Source: Pseudomonadota bacterium (GTDB taxonomy: Bacteria > Desulfobacterota > Desulfobacteria > Desulfobacterales > RPRI01). From it: 64,000 bases of DNA. The notes under the pieces are model-generated. The model made no database searches and was not told where the DNA came from. It saw only the letters and a list, made by a program, of their open reading frames with translations. Position numbers and translations under genes: made by a program. Below, piece after piece: positions 10,521 to 19,231 of this stretch (positions within the stretch are counted from its first letter, which is position 1; each line of letters starts with the position of its first letter). Where the stretch lies: positions 26,830 through 90,829 of the forward strand of contig JBDRRF010000038.1 in the NCBI GenBank assembly GCA_043825875.1, in the 5' to 3' direction.

Positions 10521-10779
10521 CGTCAAATGCTTCCTCAGGGCTGATGCCCTTTGGTCTCTCACCTTTATCCCGAATAGCATGCGATTCAATCAAGGCGGTC
10601 AATGATTCTTTGTCGTTAAGCAGTTTAAGAGTTTCTTTTATATGTAACCACTCTGTTTCATTCAAGATAACCACAGAGCCTTCATCTGTCGCAATAATTG
10701 TTTCATCTTTATCCTTTATTGCCTTAAGAATAACATTTTTAAGGTTTTTGGATGCCATATCAAATGTAATTGTTTGCAT
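10513..10779 (-). CDS. Phd/YefM family antitoxin
   Basis: ASKNLKNVI...VVILNETEW...ETLKLL; directly upstream of the YoeB toxin. Confidence 0.85.
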   Translation of the reverse strand: MQTITFDMASKNLKNVILKAIKDKDETIIATDEGSVVILNETEWLHIKETLKLLNDKESLTALIESHAIRDKGERPKGISPEEAFDDV

Positions 10780-10802
10780 TTTTTACTCCCATGAATCTTG
10801 AC

Positions 10803-10852
10803 GGGACTACGGGGGGACGCCCTTTATATTTATAGTTACTGTGCATTAACGA
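10803..10852. repeat. 50-bp direct repeat copy 2
   Basis: 47/50 identical to 9806-9855. Confidence 0.9.
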
Positions 10853-10918
10853 GACAACAACCTAAGAGATAATGTTTTATGTCTTGAGTAAGCCCCATTC
10901 TGTGAGTTCGGAATTTGT

Positions 10919-11206
10919 TTAATACACCTCATCATGCTTTCCGATATCCACAAGAACAATCAAATCTTTCCCGCTGTCAGGATCTTTGGCAAATGTAAAT
11001 ACAATACGGCAATCATACTCGACCTGGCAGGCCCAAAGTCCAAGCAATTTTCCATGAAGTTTATGAGCCTTAAGTGAAGGATCAAATGGTTCTCTTGAAA
11101 GCTTTTCCAGTGCAGAAAAAATCTTCTCCTGTAAAACCGGATCTTTTCGGGTAGCCTTATTAAACCCGCGACAAAATCCATTTGACCATGATAGAGTGTA
11201 CATCAA
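10919..11206 (-). CDS. RelE/YafQ family toxin
   Basis: LKAHKLHGKL...W.C.VEYDCRIVF...DIGKHDEVY. Confidence 0.88.
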   Translation of the reverse strand: MMYTLSWSNGFCRGFNKATRKDPVLQEKIFSALEKLSREPFDPSLKAHKLHGKLLGLWACQVEYDCRIVFTFAKDPDSGKDLIVLVDIGKHDEVY

Positions 11207-11427
11207 CCTTTTAAGAGATCCTTTTTTAAATCTTCCACTGTTCCGAATTTTGCCCGCTTTTCTTGCACAGCTTGCAATGCTTCCTTTGCATTGGCTGCGA
11301 TTTCATCACGCCTCTCTTCGGCAACACGCATTCTAAGAATCTCAAGAAGTTCCTCACGATCATCAAATGGAAGAGACTCCACTGCATCAATAGCCTTTTG
11401 AAAAGATGTTTCCTGATGGGAAATCAT
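11203..11427 (-). CDS. Putative antitoxin
   Basis: 74 aa, overlaps toxin start, C-terminal GTVEDLKKDL. Confidence 0.75.
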   Translation of the reverse strand: MISHQETSFQKAIDAVESLPFDDREELLEILRMRVAEERRDEIAANAKEALQAVQEKRAKFGTVEDLKKDLLKG

Positions 11428-11539
11428 ATTATCCTCTGCAATTCTCTTTCAATAAATACTTATTATATAAAAACTTTAATAAATTTTATGATATTTCAAA
11501 CCACCCTGTTTGTCAACATTCGGCAAAAACTATGATTTC

Positions 11540-11602
11540 ATTGTGTTGTGTTATAAAAATGGTTCAAAGTTCACAGTTTACAGTTCAAGGATTCAAAGGG
11601 TC
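11540..11602. repeat. TGTGTTAT box + heptamers + AGGATTCAAAGGGTC unit
   Basis: ATGGTTC AAAGTTC ACAGTTT ACAGTTC AAGGATTC AAAGGGTC. Confidence 0.75.
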
Positions 11603-11772
11603 AATCCCTCTGATATATGTAAATCGTTCAGATTTACTGAAGAACTGCTGTTTCTGCGTTCTTGTATGATACCATACAAATACACTTGCTCAAGAATCTC
11701 TTTCGCTTTCTCTGTTCGCTCCTATTCATCAAATGTCACAAGAGACACCTTTTTCTTTCCTTGTGCATCTGT
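11602..11772 (-). pseudogene. Antitoxin-like fragment in frame with the 3' end of the YdcF gene
   Basis: TDAQGKKKVSLVTFDE*RRTEKAKEILEQVYLYGIIQERRNSSSSVNLNDLHISEGL read through the TAG at 11722-11724. Confidence 0.45.
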
Positions 11773-12360
11773 CTGATGATACATTAAAAACCAGGCAATT
11801 TTGATATATTCGCTTCCCAGATTCTTCCAATCCGATGCTGAAAATTGCCATATTTTGTTATGCGCTGTCTCAAAGCGGGTCGGTACAAAGACGATTTTTG
11901 AGGATTTTTTGCCAAAGACTTTCTCTGTAATCAATTTTATACGGCGCATGTGAAAAGGGGAACTGACAAATATAGCGGACTCAAACCCGTATTTGTCCAT
12001 AATATTTTTCGCTATCAGTGTTTCGATATGCGTATCTTCAAAATAGGATTTGAATTTGAGGCCGGGTAAAAATGGTTTTTGTCTCAACGTTTCAAGCTTT
12101 GTGCTGAATGAAGTTGCAGACGTATCCAGAATTTGCCTGTAGGCAGGGATAAGAAGCAAACCGGCAAATCCTTGTCTGATGATCAAATCCACTTCCTTTT
12201 TACGTGCCTTGTTATCTGACTCTGTGCCAATAAACAGTACAATAGCATCAGCCTTGACCGGCTTGTCTGCATAGGCGAGATATTTTGGGGCATACCAGAG
12301 TCCCCCTAAGGCAATTGCAACAACAAGTAAAACTGTTACTAGTTTTATCTTATTGCGCAT
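11722..12360 (-). CDS. YdcF/DUF218 family protein
   Basis: N-terminal TM, KADAIVL, EDTHIE, FVSSPFHMRR. Confidence 0.85.
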   Translation of the reverse strand: MRNKIKLVTVLLVVAIALGGLWYAPKYLAYADKPVKADAIVLFIGTESDNKARKKEVDLIIRQGFAGLLLIPAYRQILDTSATSFSTKLETLRQKPFLPGLKFKSYFEDTHIETLIAKNIMDKYGFESAIFVSSPFHMRRIKLITEKVFGKKSSKIVFVPTRFETAHNKIWQFSASDWKNLGSEYIKIAWFLMYHQTDAQGKKKVSLVTFDE

Positions 12361-12386
12361 ATGCAGCCAGGGGGATGTTCTTCAGT

Positions 12387-12494
12387 TCAAAAATGGGAGT
12401 TAAGTAAATTTGAGCATTCTTCAAAGGTCTCGACATTTTTCTCCATCCTCGCATACAGCTCCGCCTTCTCAGTTACAGCGTGAATCCTTTGCAT
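12387..12494 (-). CDS. Possible 35-aa small ORF or gene fragment
   Basis: AAGGGGGG SD then MQRIHAVTEKAELYARMEKNVETFEECSNLLNSHF. Confidence 0.25.
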   Translation of the reverse strand: MQRIHAVTEKAELYARMEKNVETFEECSNLLNSHF

Positions 12495-12521
12495 AACGCC
12501 CCCCTTAAACCAATGAGCGGT

Positions 12522-12548
12522 GGTTAGCGCTTACGCTTCACTTCGTAC
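12522..12548 (-). repeat. Free-standing 27-nt mini-unit GTACGAAGTGAAGCGTAAGCGCTAACC
   Basis: 23/27 identical to 15115-15141; related to inserts in the MITE copies at 19025 and 21678. Confidence 0.8.
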
Positions 12549-12561
12549 CATTAACACGACT

Positions 12562-12619
12562 GGGCTAAAATCTCATTTGCCGAAATAATCGAAGTCTTCC
12601 TGTGGTTGAGATTATAGCC
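12562..12619. repeat. Diverged hairpin related to the MITE-1 core, without TIRs
   Basis: GGCTAAAATCTCA / TGAGATTATAGCC stem (12/13); shares CGAAATA and TTCCTGTGGTTGA with MITE-1. Confidence 0.65.
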
Positions 12620-12627
12620 TTTCTTAT

Positions 12628-12770
12628 GAGCCAGTTTCAAAACGCACCATTTTGGCCGATCTTAAGCGTTGGGCTCAAATTTCAATCCTCGAAATACTAT
12701 ATGTATTCCTGTGGTTGAAATTTTCTCCCGCCTTGAGCTTGACCAAACTGAAACGTTTTGAAAGTGGCTC
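12628..12770 (+). mobile_element. MITE-1 copy A (143 bp, no insert)
   Basis: TIR GAGCCAGTTTCAAAACG / CGTTTTGAAAGTGGCTC (16/17); TSD TTAT. Confidence 0.92.
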
Positions 12771-13196
12771 TTATACTTAACCAAAATATGGCATTCTTCT
12801 AATGTCTTGAAACATGATACCGGATTAATGCAAAACCCTTATACCCTCAAATTTCCTAAGCATGGTCTTATAACAAATATTCGATTGTAAAACAATGCAA
12901 TAGTTCTAAAATGTTATATTTTTTTTGCAATTTACTTTCTGTTTATCAACAGAAGAAGCAATATCTTAAAATATACTTTTATATAGTACGAAAACTGTGG
13001 GGTTTTGAAAATAATAGGAGAAAATTATAGGAGAGTTTTGAATAACTACCCGAAAATTATTTTCCTGTAATATTTGCTTTGCTTTTTAAATCCATAAAAG
13101 AAGTAATATAATAAGATTGGTTTCTATCATCGTAAGGTAATTTTTAATATCTCAACCTGATTATACAAATACTGCAATACTACTATCGTATAAGCT

Positions 13197-13229
13197 AAAA
13201 AAAGGGCAGGACCACCCTTGATCCTGCCC
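13197..13229 (-). terminator. Rho-independent terminator
   Basis: GGGCAGGATC-AAGGGT-GGTCCTGCCC then T7, just after the 13251 gene. Confidence 0.8.
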
Positions 13230-13250
13230 ATGCTTCCCTTCAGACAATTC

Positions 13251-13775
13251 TTATTTTTTAATTTTTCTCTTTATACCAACTAAGCCTAGCAGGCCGGAAC
13301 CAAAAAGTAAAACAGCTCCGGGGATTGGAACAGCAGGCGCTGCCTGTGTTGCGTCAAAGTGCCAGGTATACATTTCCTGGCCACCAAATGGGCTTAAAAT
13401 AAATGTACCGGTATTTGCCACAGTATCAAGAGTAAATGCTCTCAAAGTTGCTAAATAAACTGAACCGAAAGCTTCAACATCGTAATCTTGGCTGGCATCC
13501 ACACTCAGAACACCGGCAGCCATCGTGCCCGGCCCGGTCATTGGTGCAGGCCATGCCCATGTAGTCAAACTATCTTCAGTACCTAGGTTAGTCGTGCCAA
13601 TCGTTACCATATCCGGGGTCGTAAGATCGCCAGCTATAGTTAAATCGAATGTAAAAGGCCCAAGAGTTGCCGTATTTGTCTCTGCCGGCTTTGAACAATT
13701 ATAAACGATTGAAGCATTTGCTGAACCCACAACAAACAAAAAACATACCATGGTCAAAAAAATAACTTTCTTCAT
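13251..13775 (-). CDS. VPLPA-CTERM (PEP-CTERM-type) surface protein
   Basis: Signal peptide; C-terminal VPIPGAVLLFGSGLLGLVGIKRKIKK. Confidence 0.9.
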   Translation of the reverse strand: MKKVIFLTMVCFLFVVGSANASIVYNCSKPAETNTATLGPFTFDLTIAGDLTTPDMVTIGTTNLGTEDSLTTWAWPAPMTGPGTMAAGVLSVDASQDYDVEAFGSVYLATLRAFTLDTVANTGTFILSPFGGQEMYTWHFDATQAAPAVPIPGAVLLFGSGLLGLVGIKRKIKK

Positions 13776-14000
13776 TCTTTTCTCCTTTTCCTTTGCATGT
13801 CTGGTTATTAGCTCTGCAATAGATATTGATTTTGAAGGGAAGCACTTGCAGAACCAAGGAATGTCTTGCCTTTTTTGCTTATACTATCTTAAGAAAAGTA
13901 ATTTACTTTTAATATAATTTTTTGATATTTGCTTTTAACAGTGATCTGTTAAGATTTTTAAAGCTCTTTATATTCAGTGAAATACGCAGTATTAGACATT

Positions 14001-14132
14001 GATGGCCTCGTAAAAAGTCTGATAACTCCTGTTTCGTCATGCCGGACCTGATCCGGCATCCAGTAATTTCAATAGGTTCTGAATACCAGCTTTCGCAGGT
14101 ATGACGATTTGGGGACTTTTTGCGAATTCAAC
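14001..14132. mobile_element. MITE-2 with internal REP-like palindrome
   Basis: Ends GATGGCCTCGTAAAAAGTC / GACTTTTTGCGAATTCAAC; flanks GACATT/AACATT; internal CGTCATGCCGGACCTGATCCGGCATCCAG...CTGAATACCAGCTTTCGCAGGTATGACG. Confidence 0.7.
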
Positions 14133-14373
14133 AACATTAAGAAAACTTGCATTACCAATTAATCTTATCTATTGATTGCAGTAAAAGGTACCAGAACACT
14201 TCGTTTAATTTTTTCTTTTGCTGCCGATCTCAAAGATTTGGGCATTACAATACTATACTATATTATACTATTGCCAAGAGAGTATTGGCAGGCGTAAAAT
14301 ACTATCGGAGCAATAACAAACGACACATCATTTGTTATTTATATCTTAATGATATATATTTGAGTGCTAAAAG

Positions 14374-14901
14374 TCAGCATTGTTTCCGGGTACGATAACC
14401 GGCCAGACAAAGGATGCCCGAGCCAAGAAGCCAAAAAGCGCCAGGCAGAGGTGCATGAACCGGCATAAGGTTGTCAACTCCATTTTGGTTTGAAATAAAA
14501 TCAATTTTTACGGGTAAACTTGAAAGCGCTGTCCAATAAATACTAAGCGAATCGTAGTGGTTTGTAAGATTCTCACCTAAGAACTCAATACTATAAGGTG
14601 AATATAGATAGCTATCATCATCTTTCATGACTGCCAACTCAACACGAGTTTTCCAATCTGAAGCGGCAGTAGTTGGCACTTCAACCAGCGGGGTTACAAA
14701 TGGAAACCACTCAGTACCTAGTTTGTAGAATAATTGCCCCAAACCGCCTGCAAGAGGATCGTTGATATTAATATCAGTGATTTCAATATCTGCTTTTCCA
14801 TCATGATCCTCATCTATTGCATAAAACTGAACTGCCGCAGCCATTGACGTAAGGCCAAAAACAATAAACGCCGTCATGCCAACCAATAAGACTTTTTTCA
14901 T
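14374..14901 (-). CDS. VPLPA-CTERM surface protein
   Basis: Signal peptide; C-terminal APLPGAFWLLGSGILCLAGYRTRK. Confidence 0.88.
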   Translation of the reverse strand: MKKVLLVGMTAFIVFGLTSMAAAVQFYAIDEDHDGKADIEITDININDPLAGGLGQLFYKLGTEWFPFVTPLVEVPTTAASDWKTRVELAVMKDDDSYLYSPYSIEFLGENLTNHYDSLSIYWTALSSLPVKIDFISNQNGVDNLMPVHAPLPGAFWLLGSGILCLAGYRTRKQC

Positions 14902-14993
14902 TGCTTAGTTCCTCCTTAGGGCTATCTGGTTTAAGTACTACCGCAAAATTATAAAAATAAATTTTTATTAGCAGAATATTGGGTAGAAGTTTT

Positions 14994-15440
14994 TGGAATG
15001 TTCAAATGAAAAAACAGACTACCACATTTTAAGCTGCCTTTAGACAGTGGAGCCAGTTTCAAAACGCCCCATTTTGGCCGATCTCTTCGTTGGGCTCAAA
15101 TTTCGCACGAAGTGACACGTAGTGAAGCATAAGCGCTAACCTTTAGCGCTATCCTCGAAATACTTAATGTATTCCTGTGGTTGAAATTTTCTCCCGCCTT
15201 GAGCTTGACCAAACTGAAACGTTTTGAAAGTGGTTCAGTGTTCTTTTTCATAAGTAAATGGGCTTTTATAACCCAAGGTTTAATGAGGTCTAATGAAATT
15301 GCAATACGAGATATAATCCAACACTTCATGATTTGCTAAGTGTTTTGCTATAAATCGATAATGCGATAACCTGTAAGGCTCCAGGCTGCGAAGAAACCGT
15401 TCTGTGAGGTAATTATCCCAACAGTTTTTTTCGGCTCATG
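14994..15440 (-). mobile_element. IS3-family remnant: orfB C-terminus and right end, interrupted by MITE-1 copy B
   Basis: MSRK/CWDNYLTERFLRSLE...EVLDYISYCNFIRPH*TLGYKSPFTYEKE; removing the MITE and one TSD restores ...EKEHCLKAA*; degenerate IR ends in CA at 14994. Confidence 0.8.
15050..15236 (+). mobile_element. MITE-1 copy B (187 bp, double nested insert at 15105-15150)
   Basis: Same TIRs; TSD AGTG. Confidence 0.92.
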
Positions 15441-15489
15441 CCTGGTAGTATTCAATACTGTTCGCTTTTTATTTTAAATTATTTAACCA

Positions 15490-15505
15490 TGCAATACATG
15501 GACCA
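15490..15505 (-). promoter_or_regulatory. Sigma-54 -24/-12 promoter
   Basis: TGGTCCATGTATTGCA (GG-N10-GC); IHF-consensus TATCAATATATTA at 15523-15535; repeated GGTAAANNCATACA at 15609 and 15664. Confidence 0.65.
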
Positions 15506-15782
15506 ACCGTGGCCATTTAGCATAATATATTGATATCATTCATTATATAAATATTATGGGTTATAATCTAAATGAAGCAATTGAAGGGTATTTCATACGC
15601 AAAGGTTAGGTAAAGACATACATTGTTTTTTAACAGCTTGAAATAATACAAATATTATTCGGAGGTAAACTCATACACTTTTTTACTCTAGTAAAATTTG
15701 TTTGATCTATATCATGCATTATTAATATCTTCAGAAGTACAAAATAATACTTGAATACGCAAAAAGAGAATCTTATCTATCT

Positions 15783-16856
<1,074 letters not shown>

Positions 16857-16953
16857 TTATGGTATATGAAACGAGATTGCCATCTGCTTTTGCTGATGCT
16901 TTGAGGATTCAAGCCTAAAATACAAGCTGATTTTCCTTGGCCACAGGAGCCCT

Positions 16954-17095
16954 GAGCCAGTTTCAAAACGCCCCATTTTGGCCGATCTCTGCGTTGGGCT
17001 CAAATTTTAATCCTCGAAATACGCCATGTATTCCTGCGGTTAAAATTTTCGCCCGCCTTGAGCTTAAACAAACTGAAACGTTTTGAAAGTGGCTC
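16954..17095 (+). mobile_element. MITE-1 copy C (142 bp, no insert)
   Basis: Same TIRs; TSD CCCT. Confidence 0.92.
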
Positions 17096-17195
17096 CCCTG
17101 TTTATCTATTACCAGATATATAGCATTTGTCAAAATAATGTTCCGAGTTAATATGTAATTGTTTGGTTATGACATTTGCTATAAAGAACAGGCAT

Positions 17196-17224
17196 AAAAA
17201 AAGCAGGGTCGTTTCCGACCCTGC
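17196..17224 (-). terminator. Rho-independent terminator
   Basis: GCAGGGTCG-GAAA-CGACCCTGC then T7. Confidence 0.8.
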
Positions 17225-17409
17225 CGGTATTTTTACAAAGAGGCTTCACAGAAGCCTTTAGCCGATTTTTTACAATTCGCATACACACCAATAACCAAAT
17301 GGAACAAACTTATAACCTTTGTGCTACAGCTCCTACTTTCTTAAATAAAAAAATGGAATAGCAAAGCTGCAAAAAATACTCTGCTATCCCATCTCACTTT
17401 TGTGTTATT

Positions 17410-18702
17410 TTAACTCACATGTACCGCTATCCGTCGCCTTACCCCCACAAGCCCGATCAATCCGGCAGCTAACAACCATAGCGAAGCAGGAATAGGAACC
17501 GCAGAAAGAAACATTGAGTTGCCTGATGTAACAAATTCAAAACCGGTAACAGGTCCTGCGAGAAGACTTCCGGTTAAAGTATACGCTGTAAAGGGATTCG
17601 TGATGCCGCCGGTCGCAGTTATGATTTCAAATTGATCACCTATCGCAAGACTATAACCTGGCAATAATTCGATTTGCAGAATAGCTCCGCCAAGGTCGGC
17701 GGTTCCGTCAATATTAAGCTGATCATAATCGCTTATACTAGATAACTGGATATTAAGTATTCCTCCAGATTGAATATAATCACCCGTGACTGAAAGCATG
17801 CCAGGTGAGTTACCCGGCCCGACATTTCCACCGCTAACAGATACGTCTCCAATTATTGAACCACTGCCCTGCAAGATACCTCCGCTCATAGAAACCGGAG
17901 CAGTCAGAGTACCGTTTACTATTGTCATACCATCAGTCTGCGTATAACTTGTTGCACTGGCATTGCTGCCATTCTGAATATCGAACGTTCCGGTGTTGGT
18001 AACTGCACCGGTAATATTTCCACCGGCAGCGCTTAATGTCGAAGTCCCGGAATTATTAAGAGTCGAAGTCATGGCCCCACCGGAGAAATTGAAAGCACCA
18101 CTGTTAGAGGTAGTATCGGCAGTCAGTGAACCACCACTCAGGTTATATATTTTGCCATTGTTTATGGTAAGAATACTGCCGCTGTCCGTAAATATACTCG
18201 TTCCGTTTGTCTGATTAAAGGTGTCGAAGTTTAATGTGCCACCGGTTCTATTGAAGGTACCATTGTTAGTAAGCGTCCCTGCAGAAAGCGTTCCGCCACT
18301 TAAGTTATAAGCACCTAAAGTACTGATTGTGCCGGCATTCATGTTCAATGTCCCAGCACTTTGATTTAAGGAACTTAAATCATTAACAGTGAGAATGGTT
18401 GATTGGAGAGTTGTGCCAGATGTTGTTAAGTTAAGATTGCTACCAGTTAGCGTTAACGATGATAAATCACCATTAGCCTTTTTATCATAATTGACCGAGT
18501 AGCCAGAACCAATGGATACAACATCTCCTCCCGTTGGCACACCATTAGGGTCCCAATTCTTTTTTTGGCTCCATTTATCAGACCCACCACCATCATCCCA
18601 TGATACCAAGTCTGCACTTGCCTTCATCGGAAATCCGAGAGCAACCAAACTTATTGTTGCCAAGGTAACCGCCAGAATAATCATTGTTCTTTTATTTTTC
18701 AT
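17410..18702 (-). CDS. VPLPA-CTERM protein with Gly/Thr/Asn-rich beta-helix repeats (autotransporter passenger-like)
   Basis: Signal peptide, WDDGGG..W...NW motif, repeated YNLSGG/FNQTNG, PGNSPG, C-terminal VPIPASLWLLAAGLIGLVGVRRR. Confidence 0.88.
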   Translation of the reverse strand: MKNKRTMIILAVTLATISLVALGFPMKASADLVSWDDGGGSDKWSQKKNWDPNGVPTGGDVVSIGSGYSVNYDKKANGDLSSLTLTGSNLNLTTSGTTLQSTILTVNDLSSLNQSAGTLNMNAGTISTLGAYNLSGGTLSAGTLTNNGTFNRTGGTLNFDTFNQTNGTSIFTDSGSILTINNGKIYNLSGGSLTADTTSNSGAFNFSGGAMTSTLNNSGTSTLSAAGGNITGAVTNTGTFDIQNGSNASATSYTQTDGMTIVNGTLTAPVSMSGGILQGSGSIIGDVSVSGGNVGPGNSPGMLSVTGDYIQSGGILNIQLSSISDYDQLNIDGTADLGGAILQIELLPGYSLAIGDQFEIITATGGITNPFTAYTLTGSLLAGPVTGFEFVTSGNSMFLSAVPIPASLWLLAAGLIGLVGVRRRIAVHVS

Positions 18703-18772
18703 TATATCTCATCACCTTATATTTATAATCTCATACGCATAACTTATTTATTATTTATATAGCCAGCAATTA

Positions 18773-18788
18773 TACAAACCTCATGCCA
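18773..18788 (-). promoter_or_regulatory. Possible sigma-54 promoter (GT instead of GC at -12)
   Basis: TGGCATGAGGTTTGTA; IHF-consensus TATCAGTATATTA at 18840-18852. Confidence 0.5.
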
Positions 18789-19024
18789 ACAGGTTGAGAT
18801 AGAGTTATTAACTGTTTTTATAACACATTTTATACATATTAATATACTGATATAACGACAATAATATATCTATTTCATACAGCGGGAATCCTATGGGATA
18901 AGAACCCCAAAAGAGAAAACTATATGGGAAAAGCATTAAATATATTTATAGAACCATTAAATAATTTAATAGCAGAAAGGGGAAATAATTTTCATAAATG
19001 CTCCGATTCAATTTGTAATTGTTT

Positions 19025-19189
19025 TAGCCGGTTTCAAAACGTTTCAGTTTGGTCAAGCTCAAGGCGGGCGAAATTTTTAACCGCAGGAATACATGGCGTA
19101 TTTCGAGGATAGCGCTAATGCTTCACTTCGTGCGAAATTTGAGCCCAACGCAGAGATCGGCCAAAAATGGGGCGTTTTGCAATTGGCTC
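19025..19189 (-). mobile_element. MITE-1 copy D (165 bp, single insert, inverted)
   Basis: Reverse complement of the family, slightly degenerate TIRs; TSD GTTT. Confidence 0.9.
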
Positions 19190-19231
19190 GTTTGGCTATG
19201 AGTGCGTATGTAATTTTCAGGAAGAAAAAGA

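Noticed and set aside
9861..11602. Integron attC sites between TA cassettes (TATAAC / GTTAT resemble core sites)
   Set aside because: No paired R and L box palindrome at suitable spacing and no integrase in the window
15096..15329. 77-aa ORF, and the similar short ORFs at 18924, 21598 and 21786
   Set aside because: They are read through MITE-1 or IS remnant sequence; no sign of real coding
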